Assembly (NCBI GenBank): GCA_003557725.1
Contig: PWNQ01000066.1
Location: 1-48,761, forward strand
Direction: 5' to 3'
Length of the DNA stretch: 48,761 bases
Source of the DNA: Bacteroidales bacterium
Lineage (GTDB): Bacteria; Bacteroidota; Bacteroidia; Bacteroidales; PWNQ01
The notes beneath the pieces were generated by a model. The model was not told where the DNA came from. It was given only the letters and a program-made list of their open reading frames with translations, and ran no database searches. The translations under genes were made by a program, and so were the position numbers. This document shows positions 8,701 through 15,993 of the stretch, one piece after another; within the stretch, counting starts at the first letter, position 1; every line of letters starts with the position of its first letter.

Positions 8701-8853
8701 TATACCACTCACGGGCAACTATTAACCCGGGAAAAGATCTCTGAAAACAACGGGTCTTTAAGTATTTCACTAAATATCCCTCTGCGCAACCAGCTGGTAA
8801 TTCTTCGAGTAAGCCATAATCAGCAAGTGAAAACCAAAATACTAAAACTCTAA
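5785..8853 (+). CDS. Large secreted protein of unknown function with a T9SS type-A C-terminal sorting domain
   Basis: A signal-peptide-like segment (MFLAVFLPFITVAQSALA) lies at residues 41-58, so the ATG at 5905 is an alternative start. Near the C-terminus there is an Ig/Fn3-like module (PIELLSFNGKTEKDHTRIQWTTATETNNHYFTLERA...YYRLKQTDYDGKYSYSNVIQV). This is followed by a ~80-aa CTD (ENTLSLTLENLSPGSIHIEAYTTHGQLL...LVILRVSHNQQVKTKILKL). No catalytic motif was recognised. Confidence 0.8.
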   Translation: MTKLHISTKNSYCISKPGLLFSPILQSSIRSRTELSILPAMFLAVFLPFITVAQSALATYSFSNECLSAGGVPAHLSAEDFSISSGVISFSASGIDQWSGTAPYAQGHGGWGVQSPVDARHFNFLLLPDITHSFTVSRLTFEYRATDEGPSAMIIMIDTLVIDSLDVPANTTLVYDTVLPGSLQPRFDEAQVRIMAWDNGSRITTGGGQFRLNDVSVYGDVVIRPAVITFDAGHRWTEGSGPLGSSYQTDHLYHDLGMVFSGGDAMRDGVTLRDGVPSALGMYSWRLRDDPNILWTGTLQRTGELFGFGFKVRRWDGTQSPDIDVAYSTDGGTNYTQVGTIDNTLLNDSSGWVLFTYELSPSLNVLSHEFMVKLEANQGNSQQVMIDDFQYTFLCTQPRGWLITATDQLFTIDFNSTVAGVNHKPFRGRGFSFAPAPGELDSRTWSINGLSDGEIPFGQMGRQGDFARGHSTGGVTTGGIYAFEVTPGNFSLGIQPTEFDMNPGAITLKVTNHTGEPVNTLALAYKVWQYNDENRSGSLILSYSEDNVSYTPVPQLSFFSDEGAAPHAQWQANYRATGVSGLNIADSGHLYLQWTIADHSGTDARDELALDHIQLVFNPSNTFPPVEGTYQSVAIHREAHLSNSLTITDSLIFTGHLLQAGSHAVTFKASASIRGQGAGSYINGTVKMKGAGTSTLPAGHQKGQEDHYGAVTIDNTTGSASDLFSVTYHYDTPPGYYAFNAANHAHMQAVSRLEYWTISRESGTSDPHITLHWDDTDDGASGITDPPNICVAHWNSNSSQADKWEDLGGNSPTETATGGSITATNVNAFSLFTFGSYNHITNPLPIELLSFNGKTEKDHTRIQWTTATETNNHYFTLERAAGNAEFSVVQKTPGAGTTNTKKSYEFKDYDVDFNTAYYRLKQTDYDGKYSYSNVIQVKRNKNSPWSMMARVVENTLSLTLENLSPGSIHIEAYTTHGQLLTREKISENNGSLSISLNIPLRNQLVILRVSHNQQVKTKILKL

Positions 8854-9035
8854 ATACCAGTTATCTATCTGCCAGCACTCAAAAATATGCTGCTCTGCAG
8901 ATCATACACCTATCCAAATCAACACCCGAATATTCGAAAATCTCCGTAAGTCATCTTATGCATTTAAGATTTTTTGCAGCACCCGGATTCCTTATGAGCC
9001 GGGCACTGGCATATAATTTGAAGGTGCTCCCGCAG

Positions 9036-10820
9036 TTAATAATAGTCATATTTATAATAGATCATCCCGATAACGATCTCATCAGGGACGGCAATAACTG
9101 TAGCCGAAACCTTTTTTCCCTGCTCATTATATTTCCACTCTTTACGGTGGCTTCCATCCTGGGTCAATTTTTTCTTTGTCATCCTGCGCCCATTTTCATA
9201 AGTATAGGTAATGGCTTCAGTCACCTCATTGTTTCCATCCCGAAAGACTGCTTCTGCCAATTGCCAGCCGGGCGTATAGGAGAAAACACGCCTATATTCC
9301 AATGCTTTACCTCCCTGATAGTTATATCCCTTCTCTTCCGTTATCCGCCCCATGGCGTTAGTAGTCACGGATACCACTTCCAGTGTATCATTTTCTGAGA
9401 TTTTCACTTTCCGTACAAGGTGAGACTGGTGGTTATACAAATAAACTTCCTTATAATTTCGACATCCTGTATCAGAAACACATACATTGAAAATAGCCAG
9501 GAGGTTGCCATTATCATCGGTCTCATACTTTTTTACCACAGCCAGGCTGTCGCCTTGGTATACTTCTTTTTCTGTGGGATACCCCGGCATTCCGTTTTTG
9601 TAGGTATAAACGTATTTTATTGTATTCCCGTCTTCAGTATTAGTTTGGCTCAAAAGGCGCCCAGTTTCATCATAACGGGATTTTCTGAGCAGTTGCTCCA
9701 TATTTTTATCTGCAAACTGCTGGATTTGTTCAATTCTCTTTCCGGCGATCTTCTCCTGTTCATTTTGCTTGCTGGTAAGTTGGGGCGAAATGCTGAATTG
9801 TTTTAAAAGCTCCTGTGCTTTATCCTGTTGCGCTGCACCGGGATAAGAGCGGATAAAGTACTGGAGGGCCTGTGCTGTACTTTCATTTACAGCACGTTCA
9901 AAGGCCAGTTTATCCCTGGTATTTGTGGCCTTTTTGACTTGTTCTGCACCGGGATATTTTTCAATAAACGCGTTATAAGCCTCCAACGTGTTTAAAAAGG
10001 CTGTCATTTCGAATGCTTTATTATTGCGAAGCTTTCTGACCTCCTTTGCTTTCTCCGATTGGGGGAACTCTTTGAGGAACCGGTCATAGTAATCCACGCT
10101 GTTAAGGGCTATTACCCGCTCATATTCCGTGTTCTCCAACCATTCTCCGGCTTTTTCCGCGTAGTCTGACCGGGGGTGCTCCCGGATAAAATCTCTTATC
10201 GCCAGCATATCTTGCTGTTCAATGGCTTTATTATATTTCAGCCGCACTATGGCTTGCTTAGCGGAGTCAGCATAAGCCGCCTCAGGGAACTTTTTTATAT
10301 ACCGCTCATAAGCATAAATGGTATTGAATCCTTTTGCCTCCTCCCAGGCCAGGTTGTCTCGTAGCTCTCGGATCTCCTGCTGACCCGGAGCTCCTGAAAA
10401 CACTTCCAGATACTGTTCCAACTGTTGCCGGGAAGGCTTCATTTTCAGAATAGAAACGTACCTGCTATCCAAAGATTCCAGCAGTGCATTCATATCCTGA
10501 TCATTAACAATCCGGCGGGCATTATCTTTACCGGAGGGGTCCAGCCCTTCAAACAACTTTACAGCTTTAAGGGAGTAATTAAGGGCCTGATAAAGATCAT
10601 GCCCCTGGTATTTCTCTTCTGCATATACCATAGCCAGTCCATAGCTGGCTGCCGGCTTTTCATAGGTATCCCCATCTGCCATTACCTCCCGGAAAGTTCC
10701 TAAGGCACGGTCAAACCGCTCTCGGTTGAGCTGACGAAACCCTCGGCTGATATTTTGCGCCTCTAAAAAGGCAATTAGCCCAATAAAAAAAATGGCTGTG
10801 AGAATAATTTTTTTGTTCAT
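9036..10820 (-). CDS. Secreted repeat protein: N-terminal TPR/BamD-like helical repeats plus a C-terminal YD(RHS)-like repeat region
   Basis: Signal peptide MNKKIILTAIFFIGLIAFLEAQ. At least 5 copies of a Yxx(F/Y)Ixx(F/Y)Pxxxxxxxa motif are present (YERYIKKFPEAAYA, IRDFIREHPRSDYA, YDRFLKEFPQSEKA, YNAFIEKYPGAEQV, LQYFIRSYPGAAQQ). The C-terminal 230 aa carry YD-type hairpins (YDETGRLL, YETDDNGNLL, NAMGRITEEKGYNY, YTYENGRRMT). Confidence 0.7.
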   Translation of the reverse strand: MNKKIILTAIFFIGLIAFLEAQNISRGFRQLNRERFDRALGTFREVMADGDTYEKPAASYGLAMVYAEEKYQGHDLYQALNYSLKAVKLFEGLDPSGKDNARRIVNDQDMNALLESLDSRYVSILKMKPSRQQLEQYLEVFSGAPGQQEIRELRDNLAWEEAKGFNTIYAYERYIKKFPEAAYADSAKQAIVRLKYNKAIEQQDMLAIRDFIREHPRSDYAEKAGEWLENTEYERVIALNSVDYYDRFLKEFPQSEKAKEVRKLRNNKAFEMTAFLNTLEAYNAFIEKYPGAEQVKKATNTRDKLAFERAVNESTAQALQYFIRSYPGAAQQDKAQELLKQFSISPQLTSKQNEQEKIAGKRIEQIQQFADKNMEQLLRKSRYDETGRLLSQTNTEDGNTIKYVYTYKNGMPGYPTEKEVYQGDSLAVVKKYETDDNGNLLAIFNVCVSDTGCRNYKEVYLYNHQSHLVRKVKISENDTLEVVSVTTNAMGRITEEKGYNYQGGKALEYRRVFSYTPGWQLAEAVFRDGNNEVTEAITYTYENGRRMTKKKLTQDGSHRKEWKYNEQGKKVSATVIAVPDEIVIGMIYYKYDYY

Positions 10821-10928
10821 ACCCTTATGATTAATAATTTATCCCTGATCTGCAGAAGAAATATTGAGGCCGGTCTAAAAGGCCGAAAAAAAAGATCCCT
10901 ATTTAGGCCGGTCTCATTCTTGCCTCTG

Positions 10929-10936
10929 CAAAAATA
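10929..10936 (-). promoter_or_regulatory. Candidate -7 promoter box for the minus-strand repeat-protein gene (TATTTTTG on the minus strand)
   Basis: The plus strand reads CAAAAATA, the reverse complement of TAnnTTTG, 109 nt upstream of the start at 10820. Confidence 0.25.
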
Positions 10937-11082
10937 ATAAATAATCAACCCCCGGGAAAAGCAGATTGGTAATACCTGGTCATCTTAGCTTCTTTCGCTG
11001 AAGGTCAGCTTTCGGCCCTTTCTAAAGCAATAATTTATTATAAATTCTGTTTTATTTTATGTTTATCAATAATTAAGCCGTT

Positions 11083-13413
11083 ATGCGACCAGGACTTTTT
11101 GTGCTCTTTTTTGCACTTTTCTCCCCATCTCTTTTTTCTCAGGGCATTGGTATCGGCCAGTGGCGCGAGCACCTTCCCCATTCACAGGGAAGGGCCGTGA
11201 CGGCTTCCGATCATAAAGTATACTGTGCCACAGAACACGCAGTCTTTTCTTTGGATAAAAGGGACAACAGTTTATCCTTTTTAACCCGGATAAACGGCCT
11301 GTCCGATGTGGGTATTTCAGCCATAAATTATCACCACCCCACAAAAACCCTGGTGATCGCTTATAGCAACTCCAATATAGACCTGATAAGGCCTTCCGGG
11401 CAGATAGTGAATGTTGCCGATATATACCGTAAGTCCATGACCGGCAACAAAACCATTAATCATATCTCTTTTCGTGGCAACCTGGCCTACCTGGCCTGTG
11501 GATTTGGCATTGTAGTCCTGGACATGGAGCAAGAGGAGGTCAGAGACACATATATCATTGGCCCCGAAGCAACTTATCTCAATGTGTTGGCCCTGGCCAT
11601 CAATGATACTACTATCTTTGCCGCCACTGAAAACGGACTGTACCTGGCCCATGATTACCAAAACAAAAACCTTTTAGACTTTCGGTCGTGGGAGAAGGAC
11701 AGCAGCATGATCAAGCCCCATGCCCCCTATAGCGACATTGCTATTTTTCAAAACTACCTGTTTGTGATCAACCCCAACCCCGGATACGCCACAGACACCC
11801 TTTTTTACTACCATAACGGACAATGGGATTACTACGATACTATTAATCAGGTGGATAACTTTTTCCGCATACGTGCTTTTGAGGATATACTAGTTCTGGT
11901 GGCTGAAGACAACATTGACCTCATTGATACTTCCCTGACCCTTCTCAGGAAAATATACACTTATGGTGACTCCCATCCCAGGGCACGGGATGCCTTGCTG
12001 GATGAAGATGGTTATGTCTATGTTGCGGACCACAGCCAGGGGTTAGCAAAGAGTCCTCGTCAATGGCTTTTTGAGATCATTAATCCCGGCGGTCCCCGCT
12101 ATATCAACAACTGGTCTATGGCTTATGGGAGTGGTACTGTTTGGGTAGCCACCGGAACCATCAACTCCTCCTGGGGAAACCTTTACCAGCGCACTGGTAT
12201 TGCCCGGTTTGCAGGCAACCGCTGGCAGTCCTGGCATCTTCAGAATGAGCCCGCCTTTGATACCATATTTGATGTTGTGGATATTGCCGTTAACCCCTCC
12301 AATGGCAGCCATGCTTTTGCTGCCAGCTGGGGCAAGGGGCTTATAGAGATGAAAGACGGGCACCCGGTGAATGTTTACACCCCAGAAAACAGCACCCTGG
12401 AATACCGCCCCGGCCAAAATTTCCTGGGGGTGGCCGGCGTGACCTTTGACAGAAACCAAAACCTGTGGGTTACCAACTCCTTTGTAGCCAACGGGCTGTC
12501 CATGCGCACCATCAATGGAGAGTGGAGGTCCTTTGACCTGAGGCCCGCTGTGGCAAGCAATGAACTGGGAGAACTGATCATCGATGACCTGGGACAAAAA
12601 TGGATCATCGCCCCTCGGGGAGGGGGAATAATCGTCTTTAACCATAACGAAACATATGACAACCCCCACGACGACAGAGTTATCAGACTATCAACCACCG
12701 AAGGCAACGGGAACCTGCCTTCATCCAACGTGATGGCACTGGCCAAAGACCGGGACGGGGTGATCTGGATAGGAACTGATGAAGGAATTGCAGTGGTCTA
12801 CTCCCCGGGCAACGTATTCACAGGGCAAAACTTTGATGCACAACAAATATTCATCCCCCGGGGAGATGGAACCAACCTGGGTACGTTTTTGCTGGAAACG
12901 GAAACCGTTACCGATATCCTTGTTGACGGAGCCAACAGGAAATGGATTGGCACCGCCAGGGGAGGACTATTCCTCATGAGCCCCGAGGGAACCCGCCAAA
13001 TACAACACTTTACCCGTGAAAACTCCCCGTTACTGTCCAACGCTATTACCAGCTTGGCAATGAACGACCAAACCGGAGAATTGTTTATCGGCACCGACAA
13101 AGGGATCCTTTCTTATAAAGGGGAAGCCACCAAAGGACAAGAGCAGCATATGGACGCCTATGCTTACCCAAACCCGGTACCATCGGGATATAATGGCAAA
13201 ATAGCCATCAAAGGACTGGTAACCGATGCCAACGTGAAAATCACTGATGTGGCCGGAAACCTCATCTTTCAAACCATCGCCCGGGGAGGACAGGCCATTT
13301 GGAACGGGAAAAATTTTCAGGGCCAAAAAGCCCACTCCGGAGTGTATCTGGTATTTTCCAGCAACCAAAACGGAGAAGAAACAATGGTCACCAAAATCCT
13401 GTTTATGCGATAA
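11083..13413 (+). CDS. porZ: PorZ-like T9SS component: tandem two-component-regulator-propeller (Reg_prop) beta-propellers plus a T9SS CTD
   Basis: Signal peptide MRPGLFVLFFALFSPSLFSQ. Repeated propeller blades are visible (e.g. GLSDVGISAI, NVMALAKDRDGVIWIGTDEGI, RKWIGTARGGLFL, AITSLAMNDQTGELFIGTDKGIL). The C-terminal CTD reads YAYPNPVPSGYNGKIAIKGL...GVYLVFSSNQNGEETMVTKILFMR. The size and the two-propeller-plus-CTD architecture match the P. gingivalis PorZ class. Confidence 0.6.
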   Translation: MRPGLFVLFFALFSPSLFSQGIGIGQWREHLPHSQGRAVTASDHKVYCATEHAVFSLDKRDNSLSFLTRINGLSDVGISAINYHHPTKTLVIAYSNSNIDLIRPSGQIVNVADIYRKSMTGNKTINHISFRGNLAYLACGFGIVVLDMEQEEVRDTYIIGPEATYLNVLALAINDTTIFAATENGLYLAHDYQNKNLLDFRSWEKDSSMIKPHAPYSDIAIFQNYLFVINPNPGYATDTLFYYHNGQWDYYDTINQVDNFFRIRAFEDILVLVAEDNIDLIDTSLTLLRKIYTYGDSHPRARDALLDEDGYVYVADHSQGLAKSPRQWLFEIINPGGPRYINNWSMAYGSGTVWVATGTINSSWGNLYQRTGIARFAGNRWQSWHLQNEPAFDTIFDVVDIAVNPSNGSHAFAASWGKGLIEMKDGHPVNVYTPENSTLEYRPGQNFLGVAGVTFDRNQNLWVTNSFVANGLSMRTINGEWRSFDLRPAVASNELGELIIDDLGQKWIIAPRGGGIIVFNHNETYDNPHDDRVIRLSTTEGNGNLPSSNVMALAKDRDGVIWIGTDEGIAVVYSPGNVFTGQNFDAQQIFIPRGDGTNLGTFLLETETVTDILVDGANRKWIGTARGGLFLMSPEGTRQIQHFTRENSPLLSNAITSLAMNDQTGELFIGTDKGILSYKGEATKGQEQHMDAYAYPNPVPSGYNGKIAIKGLVTDANVKITDVAGNLIFQTIARGGQAIWNGKNFQGQKAHSGVYLVFSSNQNGEETMVTKILFMR

Positions 13414-13449
13414 TATAAAGCTATAAACAGATGCATCACAGCACTAAAA

Positions 13450-14184
13450 ATGAGTGAACCCAGAAAACTTAAAGGGATATTAATCCGTACTACCCGGTAC
13501 AACGACCATAGTGTTATGGCTAAAATGTATACCCGGGAAATGGGAATGCAGTCCATGATTATCCGGGGAACAGGAAAATCAAAAAAAAACAGGAAAAACG
13601 GACTGCTGCAGCCTTTAAATATTTTGACCCTGGAAACCTGGTATCAGCCACAAAAAAATATGCATCATGTTAAAGAGATGGCTTTAGCACACCATTATAT
13701 CAACCTGCACCAGGGAGACATGGTGAGATCATCCATCATCATGTTTATCAATGAGCTTATTTACAAATCTATCCGGGAAGAAGAGGAAAACGGACCTTTG
13801 TTTGACTTCATTTGTAACTCCTTGATGGAACTTGACAAGAGCACAAGCAAGGTTATAAATTTTCATCTTGTTTTTACGCTACACTTCAGTCGGTTTCTAG
13901 GTTTTTTCCCGGAGTCACGTAACCCACAGGGCAAGACATACCTGGACTTGCACGAGGGGCGCTTTACGTCTTCAGAGCCTCTGCACCCCCAATACATCAG
14001 TGGTGATACCCGGGAGCTTTTTGAAAAGATTTTGGCAACCGACTACCAAAACATGGGGGAATTACATCTGTCCAACGGGGACCGAAAAGTGCTGTTAGCG
14101 CTGCTCATTGATTACTACTCCATTCATTTACATGGCTTTGGATCAATGAAGACCCCACAAGTACTGGAAAGCCTTTTCTCTTGA
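13450..14184 (+). CDS. recO: DNA repair/recombination protein RecO
   Basis: Typical length of 244 aa. N-terminal OB-fold pattern (KGILIRTTRYNDHSVMAKMYTREMGMQSMII) followed by a helical C-terminal domain. Confidence 0.8.
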   Translation: MSEPRKLKGILIRTTRYNDHSVMAKMYTREMGMQSMIIRGTGKSKKNRKNGLLQPLNILTLETWYQPQKNMHHVKEMALAHHYINLHQGDMVRSSIIMFINELIYKSIREEEENGPLFDFICNSLMELDKSTSKVINFHLVFTLHFSRFLGFFPESRNPQGKTYLDLHEGRFTSSEPLHPQYISGDTRELFEKILATDYQNMGELHLSNGDRKVLLALLIDYYSIHLHGFGSMKTPQVLESLFS

Positions 14185-14202
14185 GGGGTATCATTTTTTA
14201 TT

Positions 14203-14210
14203 TATTTTTG
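14203..14210 (+). promoter_or_regulatory. Candidate -7 promoter box (TATTTTTG)
   Basis: Exact TAnnTTTG match 20-26 nt upstream of the TTG 14230 / ATG 14236 start. Confidence 0.35.
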
Positions 14211-14229
14211 CTTATTCATAAAATACGTA

Positions 14230-15033
14230 TTGGTTATGCCTTTAGTATTCACTGATGATTTAAAGCGAGAGGTCACGCTTGCATCTCACCCTGAGCGAAT
14301 TGTTTCTTTGTGTCCTTCCATTACCGAGACATTGGTAAAACTTGGGCTGTCAAGTAAGCTGGCCGGTCGTACCGATTACTGCTATCGTCCGGAGGAGGAG
14401 GTAGAGCATATCCCCCGGTTGGGAGGGCCCAAAGATATCCGTATTGAGGAGCTAAAGGAAATTGCCCCCCAACTGATAATCGCTGTTCGCGAAGAAAATA
14501 GCCAGGAACAGATCAACACTTTACAAGAGCGTTTTCCAGTTTTTGTTTTTGATGTTACAACTTACAGTCAGGCCCTGGACATGATCAATAAGCTGGGAGA
14601 GCTCACGGGAAAAGAAGATAATGCCGTTGAAATGGCCCATGAGATCGACCAGGCATTTGCTCAGATCCCACAGCTAACAACTCCATTATCTTTTTTATAC
14701 CTTATCTGGAAGGACCCTTTAATGGCCGCCGGCAAGCGTACTTATATCAACAGTATTCTCGCGGCCCATGGGTTTGTGAACTGCCTGGATTCCTTTATCC
14801 AGCGATATGTCACTTTGAACATTGAAGTTTTCAAAAAGCTATCTTTTGATTTGGCCTTACTCCCCTGTGAGCCCTATGAGTTTACAGAAGAAGACCGTAA
14901 GGATGTGCTGGCTTTTTTCCCTCACTCGGATGTCCGCCTGGTAGACGGAGAAGCGTTCAGCTGGTATGGATACCGGATGTTATCCGCCGCATCTTACCTC
15001 AAAGAGCTGATTTTGTCTCTCAACAACAAATAG
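14230..15033 (+). CDS. BtuF/TroA-like class III substrate-binding protein (cobalamin/iron-siderophore family, 'helical backbone metal receptor') with no signal peptide
   Basis: RIVSLCPSITETLVKLGL and PQLIIA motifs are typical of the PBP type 2 / BtuF family. The N-terminus (MVMPLVFTDDLKREV) is not hydrophobic. The start is TTG 14230 or ATG 14236. Confidence 0.7.
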   Translation: MVMPLVFTDDLKREVTLASHPERIVSLCPSITETLVKLGLSSKLAGRTDYCYRPEEEVEHIPRLGGPKDIRIEELKEIAPQLIIAVREENSQEQINTLQERFPVFVFDVTTYSQALDMINKLGELTGKEDNAVEMAHEIDQAFAQIPQLTTPLSFLYLIWKDPLMAAGKRTYINSILAAHGFVNCLDSFIQRYVTLNIEVFKKLSFDLALLPCEPYEFTEEDRKDVLAFFPHSDVRLVDGEAFSWYGYRMLSAASYLKELILSLNNK

Positions 15034-15041
15034 AGCCACCC

Positions 15042-15731
15042 CTAAAAGGTCCATTTTATCCCCGGGCCGGGCATCATATTAAAGCCCTCAACAATAAAAT
15101 TATGCGTTAACTCCAGTCGCCCCCCGGCTGAAAAATGGTCCGTCACATTATACCAGGCCTGCACCTCTGTCATAAACACATAATCCGTGGAAACGCCCTC
15201 CAGTATCTGCCTTTCTTTCCAAAAATCTGCATATCCGTCCACCGTAACATTCCCGTCGAAAAAGTTTAAATCCCATACCCCTGTGACCTGAAAAGAAAGG
15301 TCCTCTTTAAAACGGATATACTTATACATGGCCTGAAGGACAAACACATGAGAATAATCTTCATTGGCAAAAGTATAATGTCCTCCCAGTAGCCAGGCAT
15401 CATTAATATCATAGGTCCCCATGGCCCCATTGAGCGCATATTGTCCAAAGCCCCCATTATATTCCAGATGGATCTCAAAAGGGGATTCCCAGAACTTCAG
15501 CCCCCGGGCGATCTCCCAATAAACCATATTCACACCCCTCAGGCCGGGGGCTTCTCCATAATACTTATCCACAAAAAAATATGTAGACCCCCAGGCATCC
15601 TCTTTATGCATTTCTATCCGGGTGGCAAGGTGGGGCTTTTCTGCTCCAAAGAGATAATGAAGCTGGAGGTTTTGAGCTCCCAGTTGCTGGCCTGCAAAAA
15701 CAACAGCCAGTAAAAACAAACACTTTTTCAT
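15042..15731 (-). CDS. Small outer-membrane beta-barrel protein, DUF5020/Tsx-like (putative nucleoside channel family)
   Basis: Signal peptide MKKCLFLLAVVFAGQQLGAQ, then NLQLHYLFG... Amphipathic beta-strands alternate throughout and the protein ends in an aromatic residue (GIKWTF). Confidence 0.5.
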   Translation of the reverse strand: MKKCLFLLAVVFAGQQLGAQNLQLHYLFGAEKPHLATRIEMHKEDAWGSTYFFVDKYYGEAPGLRGVNMVYWEIARGLKFWESPFEIHLEYNGGFGQYALNGAMGTYDINDAWLLGGHYTFANEDYSHVFVLQAMYKYIRFKEDLSFQVTGVWDLNFFDGNVTVDGYADFWKERQILEGVSTDYVFMTEVQAWYNVTDHFSAGGRLELTHNFIVEGFNMMPGPGIKWTF

Positions 15732-15787
15732 GCTATAGATTTATGATATATGGACAGGGCATTGCTTAACACGTGCCAAAAAGCGTG

Positions 15788-15795
15788 CAAAAATA
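15788..15795 (-). promoter_or_regulatory. Candidate -7 promoter box for the DUF5020-like gene (TATTTTTG on the minus strand)
   Basis: The plus strand reads CAAAAATA, 57 nt upstream of the start at 15731. Confidence 0.3.
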
Positions 15796-15993
15796 GCAAA
15801 TTCACGAATACCGGATGGCCTGCGGGGAGCCCATTAATAATTATGGCAGCGGGCCCTTCCGGGGATTAAGGATCAGACCCTTTCCAATGAACTTGTAATT
15901 TGTCAGGGTTGAAAAATTTTTTCTCTCTATTAGCGGTGGCACAATTGTATATTTTTTTTTACTTTTACGGTTTCAAACAAAAACCCTTTAGTC

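Noticed and set aside
12043-12746. 208-aa and 123-aa ORFs antisense to the porZ-like gene, and a 159-aa ORF (28503-28982) antisense to yicC
   Set aside because: These are shadow ORFs inside well-supported sense genes. Their translations are compositionally biased and lack motifs.
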